From positions 1 through 59,932 of IMG/VR virus record IMGVR_UViG_3300047282_000479: a DNA stretch of 59,932 nt, one strand, 5' to 3'. The notes below the pieces were generated by a model that saw nothing but the letters and a program-made list of their open reading frames with translations, was not told where the DNA came from and made no database searches. Below, in pieces: positions 38,612-47,579 of the stretch; positions within the stretch are counted from its first letter, which is position 1; every line of letters starts with the position of its first letter. The translations under genes were made by a program, and so were the position numbers. The stretch is from a virus (Duplodnaviria > Caudoviricetes).

Positions 38612-39008
38612 CTAGTTAAGTATATCGAATAATCCTTGGTAGTATGTTGGCTGGCTCACAAAATATTTAGCGTTTGCCTGTAAATTTATCAATCACAAAA
38701 TATTTCTTTTTCCATATTGGATTACCACTATAATTGGATCCCAAATACTGGAAGGAGTTACCCTTACCAGTATCGGGATTCCAACTATTCACAGGTAACG
38801 AAACAAACGGAAAGCCAGGAACATTATTTAATGGTATAGAAGGTATCTGATTCCAATCTATATCATTAAACATATCAGTTAACCATTTTGACAGCGGACT
38901 ATCGGCCGACACATCAAATTTAAAGTAATAATGATAAGGATTTAATGATGGATGATCATAATCATAATCATCTTCATCGTATTCGTTATCATCATAATCT
39001 TCGTGCAT
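38612..39008 (-). CDS. Hypothetical protein, apparently frameshifted near 3' end
   Basis: Starts MHEDYDD at 39008; in-frame stop at 38667, but the +1 frame continues LQANAKYFVSQPTYYQGLFDILN* to 38612. Confidence 0.5.
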
Positions 39009-39018
39009 GATATATTCT

Positions 39019-39119
39019 TTAAAAAAAGGTGGGAAGGAATCGAACCTTCTCACATAGCGTTTGTCGAGTTTCCCAACCAGAGGCTATGATCTTAGTCACC
39101 AGACTCCACTTTCTTTTAA
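39019..39119 (-). ncRNA. tRNA-like structured RNA lacking an anticodon loop
   Basis: Closing stem ..AAAGTGG/CCACCTTT.., D-like arm AGTC-TGGT-GACT, T-arm GAAGG-TTCGATT-CCTTC, central CATAGC/GCTATG arm capped by GAAA. Confidence 0.6.
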
Positions 39120-39122
39120 CGA

Positions 39123-40001
39123 TCAATACTGATCGTCGTAATCATCCTCATCTTCATCGTCAGCATCAGCATAGTAATCTTCGTCTACATCTTCTTCGTC
39201 ATCATTCCATGCCCAACTATACTCATGATCATAATCATCCTCATCGTCATTATAGTCATCTTCGGCAAAGTTAGATGAATAAAGAGGCTTGAGAAGTTCG
39301 CCTTGATACTCTCCAACAACTTCATATTGGCAAGTACGAAGTTTCTCACAATTACAATCACTGGGAACGCTAACAACATCACAAGGATTAATCTTCACAA
39401 TAACAATACGATCACCAGCATCGACGCTGCCGTAACCAGCAACATAATTCAATGCTCCAGCATGAAGTCCCTGAGAACAACCACGACCACGATTGTCATC
39501 GACCTTTGATCGTGTCATCTTGCAAATATCACCAACCTTATTACGAAACTTTCCAGCATACTTGTCCATATAATCACTACGAACAGCCTTATATGCTAGA
39601 AAGCATCCATCCTCAGTAATCGGCAGATGCTCATGCTCAAGGAAATCATAAAGTTCCTGCTGACTCTGCATACTAGGATTATCCATGAGATTATTCAGGA
39701 AGTTAACGAGAGGCTGAAATGGCAGACCCTTACTCATAAACTCAAGAATTCTCTTACTAATACTACCATGAACTTCGTCACCATCATAGAACACCTTGCC
39801 TTCCTTAATATCCACAAGACCATCGCTAAATACTGCGACTGCTTTTTGAATATCAACAATCTCAAGTAATTCATCAGCGGTCGCTGTTGGCAAACGCTCA
39901 AGAATCATCTTGTAATTAATATGATCCGGCAAAACCTGATAACTCTGGTTATTCAGAACCAGCGTCAAATTACCATCCACAAACATAAACGGAACAGCCA
40001 T
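39123..40001 (-). CDS. rIIB: rIIB-like protein
   Basis: ELYDFL, PITEDGCFLAYKAV, CSQGLHAG, VKINP.DVVSVP.D...KLR.C.YEV; acidic tail. Confidence 0.9.
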   Translation of the reverse strand: MAVPFMFVDGNLTLVLNNQSYQVLPDHINYKMILERLPTATADELLEIVDIQKAVAVFSDGLVDIKEGKVFYDGDEVHGSISKRILEFMSKGLPFQPLVNFLNNLMDNPSMQSQQELYDFLEHEHLPITEDGCFLAYKAVRSDYMDKYAGKFRNKVGDICKMTRSKVDDNRGRGCSQGLHAGALNYVAGYGSVDAGDRIVIVKINPCDVVSVPSDCNCEKLRTCQYEVVGEYQGELLKPLYSSNFAEDDYNDDEDDYDHEYSWAWNDDEEDVDEDYYADADDEDEDDYDDQY

Positions 40002-40027
40002 TGTAAAACTCCTATTGTTACCTGTGA

Positions 40028-42697
40028 TTACTTAACTAAACTACCAATTTGCTTTCTAAATGCTTCCACATCATTTAGACTTGTTAACCATGTCTTAGTA
40101 TTACCGCTGTAGTAATGCCTGTCATCAAGTTGTTTAATCGGTTCGTTTGAACCAGATAGTTCTCTTAGTTCGCCAGACACGGCACGACTACCAACAATAT
40201 ACTTCAAAACAGGATTGTTGTCAAGTTCGGTCTTAATATCTTTTCTAACATCTTCCATTTTGGGAAGATTATATTTCTTGGAAACATCTGGCTTAATAAT
40301 AGCAAGACACTCCTTCATCATATCTTCGTTATGAATATACATTCTACTCTGAATATATGACACCAAAGAATTATATGCAATATTACTATTACGAACCTTC
40401 TGACTATCAAGACCATTGATTCCAATATCACTTAATAGTTTGGTTATATGACCAAAGTAATCGGTCGCTTTAAATCGCTTAATATCAAAAGAAGCACGAT
40501 GAACAGTATCAACAAAAAACTCAATAATTAGACAATAATTGATAGCATCAACTAGTTTCTTATTACTGATATGTTTCTCATAGTCCAAACCAAAAATATT
40601 AAGCATATGAAAAGTAAATTGCTTTTCAAGAGTGCCATATCCATAGTAAGTGTCGCTATTCTTAGCAGAATAATTATTCTGAGTTCTACTAAATTCAACA
40701 ATACCATTGTATTCTGACAACTTGCTCAGACTATCTTTAGCAACTCTTTTGAGTTGCTTCTTTAAGAAAGTATTAAAGTCGATCAGAGTATAACCCTGTT
40801 TTTTGAGTTTATCGACAAAAGCACTCTTAATAGCATAAATCTTATTAGACCCAAACAAATCCTTGACTAGAGATGTTGCAGCAACATCGTTTATCATTAG
40901 GTTCAAATCAGAAATTGATGGATATTCATTTGATGCACTCGCATAGCGAATGATCGGAACATAAATAATCTCATCACTATCTTCAAAAGCCTGCAATTCA
41001 TCTTCTGTCAAAACCCTAAGACAAGGAGCATCATTATAAGGATTGCTAATTCTGCCGCTATCTTTAGATTCTCCATAGATAAAAAATACATCTTGATCGC
41101 TCACAGCACCATTAGAAGATCGACTACTTTGCTTACGAGGACTATTACTCTTAATCAAATCCTTGTAGTCAGAAACCTTCTTGATTTTATCAGCACCAAC
41201 ATCAGAGATAAGATCATCAAAACCTTCATCGGCTTTAGTATGATCCTTAGTATCAATCATTAGATATGCAAAACAATTATTATCGTTACAATATCTAGTA
41301 ACAATCTTCTTTGCTGTTTCTTCCGTTTTTAGATCACAAACAAAGAACGACAGTTCTCCCGTCTTTTTATGACTATTCCAATAGTATTCTCCCTTACCAG
41401 TAAGAGTATTATGATGAATACTATTTGTCTGATAAACCATGCGACGAGAACGATAACCAGCAGTACGATAATTAAAAACGTACATACTCTTTCCGGCAGG
41501 AATCTTATACTCTAAATCCTGTCCAGAATTAATATTGTGTTTCTTACCCTTACTATCAGTCCATTCAGCACCAACTCCCCATCCACCAGCAAGATCATTC
41601 AATGTATAGTATAGGGTAATTGCTTCTACCTTTGTTTTAGCGGCAGAAATTTTCTTGCTAAATTCTTCCTTCATCTCAAGATAAATCTCTTGAGTCTTTT
41701 CACGCAAGGTTCTAATTACATCTTTGGTATACTGCAAACCTTCTCTGGAAACGTCCATTTCCAATTCGCCAATACCAAAATCAAGTTCAAGGTAAAGGTT
41801 TTGATTAATAATTTCAACAACAAAACTTTTCCAACTATCAATATCGGCTTTTTGAAAAGCACGATTCCAACGCTGAATAGCATCATTAGTGGTCTGTTTT
41901 TCGTCACCAATAATCTGACTAGCCTTAACTGGGTATGCGATATTACCCATTAGTGCAACAATGCCACTATCAATATGATGATGAACATTAGGATAATAAT
42001 TAGTATCACTATTCAGGCGGCAAACTCTCCAACCATCACCGCTCAAGATGATATTCTTATTGCTATATTTATGATCTTTTAGATTAGTTAGAACACCACC
42101 CTCGATAATAGGCTTCATCTTAAAGTAGTGGAAAATACGCATAGACTTGCTGCTAAATTCGGCAAAGTCATACTGCTTTACAGCAAAACTAATCTCAAGA
42201 CCATTAGGCTCGTCGGTTTCGCTGACACTAAAAAGATTCAGAGTAGGAACACCACTATCATCAATAGCGGCAACATAAGTATACTTTTGTCCGTTGTAAT
42301 AAGAACTAGTGGTAAAACTCTTGGTATATGCAAACGGACTCTTAGAACCTAGACCAAGACAACCAACAAAATCGTTACTAGTATTCTTGTTACTAGCACC
42401 ATAAGTTGTATACAGGTTCTCCATGTCAGTCTGACTAAGACCAGTACCATAATCACGAACTACAAAATTAGGATTACCAGCACTGGGCAACACAACTTTG
42501 AAAGGATTCTTATTACCAGCAGCGATATGGCTATCATAAGCATTGGTTGACAATTCACGAATAACTGCCATCACCTTGTCAGAATACAAAGAATCTGACA
42601 AAATCTTAAACATTTTACTAGTTTGAGCGATAGTGAATCCTGCTTCGCTCTTAACACCAGCACTATGAGTCTCAACCGTCCTGTCTGCCAACTTCAT
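40028..42697 (-). CDS. rIIA: rIIA-like protein (GHKL ATPase N-terminus)
   Basis: KMFKILSDSLYSDK..AVIRELSTNAYDSH, VRDYGTGLS, G.LGLGSKSPFAY, SREGL. Confidence 0.9.
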   Translation of the reverse strand: MKLADRTVETHSAGVKSEAGFTIAQTSKMFKILSDSLYSDKVMAVIRELSTNAYDSHIAAGNKNPFKVVLPSAGNPNFVVRDYGTGLSQTDMENLYTTYGASNKNTSNDFVGCLGLGSKSPFAYTKSFTTSSYYNGQKYTYVAAIDDSGVPTLNLFSVSETDEPNGLEISFAVKQYDFAEFSSKSMRIFHYFKMKPIIEGGVLTNLKDHKYSNKNIILSGDGWRVCRLNSDTNYYPNVHHHIDSGIVALMGNIAYPVKASQIIGDEKQTTNDAIQRWNRAFQKADIDSWKSFVVEIINQNLYLELDFGIGELEMDVSREGLQYTKDVIRTLREKTQEIYLEMKEEFSKKISAAKTKVEAITLYYTLNDLAGGWGVGAEWTDSKGKKHNINSGQDLEYKIPAGKSMYVFNYRTAGYRSRRMVYQTNSIHHNTLTGKGEYYWNSHKKTGELSFFVCDLKTEETAKKIVTRYCNDNNCFAYLMIDTKDHTKADEGFDDLISDVGADKIKKVSDYKDLIKSNSPRKQSSRSSNGAVSDQDVFFIYGESKDSGRISNPYNDAPCLRVLTEDELQAFEDSDEIIYVPIIRYASASNEYPSISDLNLMINDVAATSLVKDLFGSNKIYAIKSAFVDKLKKQGYTLIDFNTFLKKQLKRVAKDSLSKLSEYNGIVEFSRTQNNYSAKNSDTYYGYGTLEKQFTFHMLNIFGLDYEKHISNKKLVDAINYCLIIEFFVDTVHRASFDIKRFKATDYFGHITKLLSDIGINGLDSQKVRNSNIAYNSLVSYIQSRMYIHNEDMMKECLAIIKPDVSKKYNLPKMEDVRKDIKTELDNNPVLKYIVGSRAVSGELRELSGSNEPIKQLDDRHYYSGNTKTWLTSLNDVEAFRKQIGSLVK

Positions 42698-42742
42698 TGT
42701 TCTTCTCCAAAATATGTTTCGTTACCAACCTGTGATTAGCGT

Positions 42743-42785
42743 ATCATACCATACTGTTATCGGTTGTCAAGCCTCGCATCTTTAG
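42743..42785 (-). promoter_or_regulatory. Composite sigma70 + sigma28-like promoter (rIIA)
   Basis: CTAAAG..TTGACA-ACCGATAA..TATGAT. Confidence 0.7.
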
Positions 42786-43011
42786 ATTTTGTTGCAAGGT
42801 ACGCACAACATATGGGCAATAATCCTAGCCAGCGAATAGGTGTGACTAATGTTAGTATCCACCAAAGTCCAAATATTACACAAAAGATAGATAATAATTG
42901 AATAATAATCTTTGGAAAAATATTTAGTTTATTTATTAGTAATAATAATGGGCCAAATAATATCATACCCAAGAATATTATTGTAACTAATAATGCTAAA
43001 CTAGCCATCAA
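42757..43011 (-). CDS. Membrane protein
   Basis: 84 aa, 3 hydrophobic segments. Confidence 0.65.
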   Translation of the reverse strand: MMASLALLVTIIFLGMILFGPLLLLINKLNIFPKIIIQLLSIFCVIFGLWWILTLVTPIRWLGLLPICCAYLATKSKDARLDNR

Positions 43012-43343
43012 CTTTCATCCTCATGATTATTCCACTCATCCTCTTCATCATATTCTTCTTCATAAGAAAATCCTCGTTCGTCATAAGGAGTCCAATCTTC
43101 AGCCTCGTCCTCATCATTTAAATCTAGTTCACCTTCATCGGCTTCTTCTATAAATACAGTGATAGTATTGAGAATATCTAATAATTTTTCAAGAGTTTCA
43201 TCCATGCCCTTGATTTTAGTTTCTATGTTTTTAACGCTCTTTTTTAGATCTACTATATCTTTACAAAGATCTTTATCCATATTATGAATTTCTTTATTAC
43301 TTTTCATTACTTCTCTCATAATATGTTCGATATCTTTTGACAT
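43008..43343 (-). CDS. Coiled-coil protein with acidic tail
   Basis: 111 aa, GAGG RBS. Confidence 0.7.
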   Translation of the reverse strand: MSKDIEHIMREVMKSNKEIHNMDKDLCKDIVDLKKSVKNIETKIKGMDETLEKLLDILNTITVFIEEADEGELDLNDEDEAEDWTPYDERGFSYEEEYDEEDEWNNHEDES

Positions 43344-43351
43344 AAAACCTC

Positions 43352-43663
43352 CTACTTTAGTCTTTTATACTCTTTTATATCGCCGTTTTCCAATATTTTT
43401 TTATCTTCATATTCTTCAGCAACACGACGATAGAATTCTTGCTTTATATTTTCTAATACACCAGTAGCCATAGCAATCTTACTATATGAAACATCGTGCA
43501 TTACTGTTGATAAAACCCTAGAAAAACAATAATTAATACGTCCTAGAAAATTAGCAAAATTATGTGGATTAACTAGTCCGGCTTTATAATCCACAATAGC
43601 ATTTGCCATAACTTCTATCGCTTCATCTAGTTCTTTTCTTTGTTCTTCATCAATGTATGGCAT
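43352..43663 (-). CDS. Conserved phage hypothetical protein
   Basis: MPYI...G.INY...GVLEN.K.EFYRR....YEDKKI.ENGD. Confidence 0.75.
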   Translation of the reverse strand: MPYIDEEQRKELDEAIEVMANAIVDYKAGLVNPHNFANFLGRINYCFSRVLSTVMHDVSYSKIAMATGVLENIKQEFYRRVAEEYEDKKILENGDIKEYKRLK

Positions 43664-43668
43664 AATTA

Positions 43669-44199
43669 TTACTCACATTTACAGTTATATGTTAAACAAT
43701 ACGAACATTTTGGCCCAGGATCAACATTCCCCCAAGCATTTGAGTTACCGTCAAAACTTTCTTTGCCAGTATCAATGCAAACCAATTTTCTAGACCTTCC
43801 TCTTTTAACTAGACCAACATTATACCAATGACAATCCCAAAATTTTAAGCCTGTTTTTTCCGCAATATTTTCAACTAAATCCTGAATATCTTTCATACTA
43901 ATTATAGTATTTGCCTGACAAGTTTTGGCATACTCTGTAATATAGCCCCAATCGCTAATATCATCAAAGATAATCCCCATTTCTTCTGCAAAATTTAATT
44001 TACATACTTTATCTATGATTTTTGGAGCAAGATCAAACTTGGCTAATTTTTTCTGAATACAATATGCCTCTTTGGCTTTCTTTTTGCTTCTAAATTCTTT
44101 AAAAACCAGACCTTTATGATCTTTTATAGGATATACTTGACAGCATCCTCCTTCATCAAACCAATCACTATAATCAATCTGGTATTGTGGATTAATCAT
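43669..44199 (-). CDS. Minimal protein-kinase-like fold protein
   Basis: GGCCQVY loop, VFK, LAPK, ITEY, DCHWYNV catalytic-loop-like, CIDTG (DFG-like). Confidence 0.65.
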   Translation of the reverse strand: MINPQYQIDYSDWFDEGGCCQVYPIKDHKGLVFKEFRSKKKAKEAYCIQKKLAKFDLAPKIIDKVCKLNFAEEMGIIFDDISDWGYITEYAKTCQANTIISMKDIQDLVENIAEKTGLKFWDCHWYNVGLVKRGRSRKLVCIDTGKESFDGNSNAWGNVDPGPKCSYCLTYNCKCE

Positions 44200-44525
44200 T
44201 AGAAGGTAGTGTCTATAATAGTATTGCCCATAATGGATTCGGCAATAAGAATTGCTTCATTTAGGTTATTGGTTTCTGTAATCTTTAAACAGTTTTTTGG
44301 AATATCTATCCAATAGGAAGCATATACTCCATAAAAAGAGTCTCCTTGGTCTGGATTGTGAAATAGAAAATCCTCATAACTATTAAATGAGTCCGAATAC
44401 CAATCCCCGTTTTCATCTTGCTTCTCATAGACCGTATCCACAATGATAAACCTAAAATTAGGATGTTTAGGATTTTTAGGACTATGAACTACTCCACGAT
44501 AAAATTTATTTGGCAGAGCGACCAT
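44199..44525 (-). CDS. Hypothetical protein
   Basis: 108 aa in operon. Confidence 0.65.
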   Translation of the reverse strand: MVALPNKFYRGVVHSPKNPKHPNFRFIIVDTVYEKQDENGDWYSDSFNSYEDFLFHNPDQGDSFYGVYASYWIDIPKNCLKITETNNLNEAILIAESIMGNTIIDTTF

Positions 44526-44802
44526 ATTGGTATCCTCTCCAATCCTCTTTCAAAAATTCTTCTCTATTAGAATAGAGAGGGACAACAGTATCTTGATCTA
44601 AGTATGGATTATGATTAATACTCAGTCCGTATAGATCATACTTATGATTAATCCTGCCATAAGCAACAACTTTAAAAGACTCTAATTTTTGTCTTAGTTT
44701 GTCTAGTTCGTCTTTAGCATTTTGAATTGTGAATAGTTTTGGAATAAGACCTTGTTCAGCACAATTTAAAACATAGTCTAATGGATTAGAATATTCATTC
44801 AT
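44506..44802 (-). CDS. Hypothetical protein
   Basis: 98 aa in operon. Confidence 0.65.
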   Translation of the reverse strand: MNEYSNPLDYVLNCAEQGLIPKLFTIQNAKDELDKLRQKLESFKVVAYGRINHKYDLYGLSINHNPYLDQDTVVPLYSNREEFLKEDWRGYQYGRSAK

Positions 44803-45017
44803 GAAACAAATCCGATTTTGGTTTTTTCAACTACAGTTACTTCTAGTTCGTTTGGTGCAAAATGTTCAGTGGAATAACTACGACCATTCCACCAACCACA
44901 CTTATATGAAACATTATTATCGCCACTAATAGTAACACTAACTATTGTACCATAAACATCATCTGCTAATTTAACTTTACTACCAATCTTATATAGTTCA
45001 AGAGAATTTTTGCTCAT
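44799..45017 (-). CDS. Small SH3-like protein
   Basis: YKIGSKV...Y.C.WWNG.....F...EL; ends KIGF. Confidence 0.65.
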   Translation of the reverse strand: MSKNSLELYKIGSKVKLADDVYGTIVSVTISGDNNVSYKCGWWNGRSYSTEHFAPNELEVTVVEKTKIGFVS

Positions 45018-45090
45018 TTTATTTCCTTATTCTTCAAAGGTTTTGGTGTATATGTATTATAGCGTTTACTTTTTAGGAGTCAATATCGTT

Positions 45091-45552
45091 ATGAATATCA
45101 AACATCATTATAAAAAAGAAACCTTGTCTCGTATTTGTTCTGAATCGCATAGTTATAGACAGTGCCTAGATAAAATGGGTATAGTGCCTGCCGGTGGAAA
45201 CTATGCCTGTCTTAAAAAGTATATTAAATTGTATAATATTGATATTTCTCATTTTACTTTACAAGGATGGAATAAAGGCAAAACTATTGGCCCTAAACGA
45301 CAACTACAAGAATATCTTTCTAATAAAATTAGTATACAAAGTTGGAAGTTAAAAAAAAGACTTATTCAAGAAAAGGTATTTGAGCATCAATGTAATAAAT
45401 GTAAGGAAAAAACTTGGCTTAATCATCCTATTCCAATTGAACTCCATCATAAAGATGGAGATAACTCAAATAATGCTTTATCTAATCTTGAATTACTTTG
45501 TCCAAATTGTCATGCCTTAACTGATAATTACCGATCCAAAAACCGCAAATAA
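45091..45552 (+). mobile_element. Free-standing HNH endonuclease convergent on tRNA-Leu
   Basis: AGGAG RBS, ATG 45091; CNKC...IELHHKDGDNSNN.LSNLELLCPNCHA. Confidence 0.88.
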
Positions 45553-45834
45553 TACCCCTAGTCGGACTTGAACCGACAAGCCCTTGCGGGCAACGGATTT
45601 TCTTACTACTATAGTTTTCACTACCATTTCTGTTTGTAGTCTGGACTTTATCTTAACCATAACTTTCGTTTTAGGTTCCTGCCGTCAAGTCTCTACACCT
45701 TCATATTTCTATGCTTGGCTCGGTATTAGCATTTTAAAGCCTTCACCGAATTTGACAGGTTCTACTTTCAAAGTTTCCTTTTAAGCACTCAAATTGTATA
45801 AGTCCGTTGTGTTTGCCAATTTCACCATAGGGGC
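45553..45834 (-). tRNA. trnL: tRNA-Leu(UAA) interrupted by a group I intron (exons 45834-45800 and 45601-45553)
   Basis: GCCCCTA/TAGGGGT acceptor stem, D-loop GG, anticodon stem ACGGA/TCCGT, spliced loop CT-TAA-AA, long variable arm, T-arm GTCGG-TTCAAGT-CCGAC; CCA not encoded. Confidence 0.92.
45602..45799 (-). mobile_element. Group I intron (IC3-like, 198 nt, no ORF)
   Basis: Inserted after U34 and ends in G; P/Q/R/S-like AAATTCGGTGAA, AATACCGAGCCAA, GTGTAGAGACTTGACGG, AAGATAAAGTCC; IGS GAGT pairs with exon ACTT giving U.G at the splice site. Confidence 0.9.
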
Positions 45835-45838
45835 ATAA

Positions 45839-45922
45839 AACAACTGACTACAAAAACCACTGACTTGAGGTTGATTACGTCTTGTTGTGCCTCTGCCATT
45901 TAGATTCTTGTAGCCGATTGTC
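45839..45922 (-). ncRNA. Rod-like hairpin RNA directly upstream of tRNA-Leu
   Basis: 18/19-bp stem with four G.U pairs on minus strand plus TGGC/GTCA and GAGG/CCTC inner stems. Confidence 0.45.
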
Positions 45923-45942
45923 TATTGGTTTTTAAAAACCTC

Positions 45943-46224
45943 TCAGCCGTTCGCGTGAGCCTTCAGGCGACGAACAACCTCTGCCATAGCCTCGACATTA
46001 TCAACAGTCTTGGCTGGCTTCGCACGTTCCATAGCGGGAAGTTCCATGCCCTTCTTAGCCAAGGCTGCCTTTGTGCGAGCAAAACGAGCCATTGTAGTGG
46101 CAACCTTTTGACCCGTCTTAGCGGCAATCTCCGCATAAGTCTTAGACGAAAAAACAGCCTCAAGAAACTGCTCATCAGAGCAACGAACACGCTTCTGCTT
46201 CTCAACCACATTAACATCAGCCAT
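45943..46224 (-). CDS. Small basic HTH-like DNA-binding protein
   Basis: GGAGG RBS; TYAEIAAKTGQKVATTMARF. Confidence 0.65.
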   Translation of the reverse strand: MADVNVVEKQKRVRCSDEQFLEAVFSSKTYAEIAAKTGQKVATTMARFARTKAALAKKGMELPAMERAKPAKTVDNVEAMAEVVRRLKAHANG

Positions 46225-46301
46225 AATCAACCTCCAATTCAATCCAAAATCCACAAAACAGTACCAATCACGCGATCAGTTCAATCCTGCTTTGTATCCT
46301 C

Positions 46302-46343
46302 ATTGTATCATCTGTTATCGGCTTGTCAACACCCTCAACTTGA
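46302..46343 (-). promoter_or_regulatory. Composite sigma70 + sigma28-like promoter
   Basis: TCAAG..TTGACA-aGCCGATAA..TACAAT. Confidence 0.7.
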
Positions 46344-46347
46344 ATTT

Positions 46348-46518
46348 TTAAGCGGCCACAGGTTCCATTTTATTATGTTCAATATTTTCGATAAGTTTTT
46401 TTAGATTATTATTTTCTGTTTCTAGAATAGAAATAATTTCTTGTGCTTTTTCTAGTGCCTTATGTAGATGATAGACCTTATTACTTAATTCATCGGCAAC
46501 ATAATTTTTCATTATCAT
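46348..46518 (-). CDS. Small coiled-coil protein
   Basis: AGGAG RBS, GGTGTA motif at 46561. Confidence 0.6.
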   Translation of the reverse strand: MIMKNYVADELSNKVYHLHKALEKAQEIISILETENNNLKKLIENIEHNKMEPVAA

Positions 46519-46568
46519 TATGTGTCTCCTTGTATAAGGACTTATAGGCACAGTATTAAGTACACCAT

Positions 46569-46847
46569 TTATATACTATTTAGAAATGCTTTCAACTCAT
46601 CTATTTGTTTTTGATGCAAAATAATTTGATCAGTATATGGTTTACCATATTTAATTATTTGATAAATATATCGTATTTTTTGCCAAAACGACATTTTAAA
46701 TGAAAGTAGTGAACTGAAAATAGACAATTCGATCATTTTAAATGATCCATCATAGTCAATTACTAAAACTTCACTATGGCAGTCACATCTTATAAAGAGT
46801 GTTCGATAATTATTTTTTTGATCTTTTTTTACCAAAGATTCGCTCAT
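46569..46847 (-). CDS. Hypothetical protein
   Basis: FIRCDCHSE...FWQKIR...GKPY.DQIIL. Confidence 0.6.
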   Translation of the reverse strand: MSESLVKKDQKNNYRTLFIRCDCHSEVLVIDYDGSFKMIELSIFSSLLSFKMSFWQKIRYIYQIIKYGKPYTDQIILHQKQIDELKAFLNSI

Positions 46848-46917
46848 AATTTTTATCCCAGGTTTTTTGATCTACACTTTTGGGTCTTGGTTTTGAACCT
46901 TTACCGTTTTGACTCAT
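46810..46917 (-). CDS. Small conserved phage peptide (35 aa)
   Basis: MSQNGKGSKPRPKSVDQKTWDKNYERIFGKK; ATGA overlap with HNH gene. Confidence 0.6.
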   Translation of the reverse strand: MSQNGKGSKPRPKSVDQKTWDKNYERIFGKKRSKK

Positions 46918-47537
46918 AATAATTTTCCAGACTTTTTTAGATTATCAATAGCCCATAACGGTTGTAGGTTGGTATAGTGAAAACATAATTTTTGCTGTTG
47001 TGTATCTGTGAGATCAAAACTACAACATGGTTTGATATGATCTATATGCCACTCTCCAAAATTATCCCAACTCATACCAACTGTGAACCGACTCTCTAAA
47101 TATAGTTTTAAATGCTCCCAAGAACAACCTGTTAAGTCATAAGCGGTACTATTTTTTGAGCCTCTAGATAAAGCCATTCTAATACGATTACTAATGATAG
47201 TTCTCAGTCTAAAATTAATATTTTCTTTACGTTTTTTTCTTCGTTGTTTATTGATTTTATCTTTATATTTTTCTCTGTGTTTTCTACGAATAGCTAAAAT
47301 TTTATCTGGATTTTCTTTTATCCATTGTTTATTATACTGATTTAATATTTCTTTATTTTTTATTTTATATTGTTTCTGTTGTTGTTGAATTTTCTTTTTA
47401 TTCTTCAATTTCCATTTTGTACAATATTTTTTATGACAATTTTTACAATATGAAGATTTTCCATCTGCTGATGCTTTTTGATTATGAAAATTTTCTATAT
47501 TATGTTTTTTATTACATTTACTGCATTGTTTTTTCAT
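46914..47537 (-). mobile_element. Free-standing HNH endonuclease
   Basis: CSKC..YCKNC; WHIDHIKPCCSFDL...HYTNLQPLWAIDNLKKS. Confidence 0.88.
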
Positions 47538-47579
47538 TGGTATATACTCTATTTGCTTATTATATACACCAAAAAACCT

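Noticed and set aside
39019-39119. Functional tRNA or tRNA-Sec
   Set aside because: No 7-nt anticodon loop or UCA anticodon; kept only as a tRNA mimic
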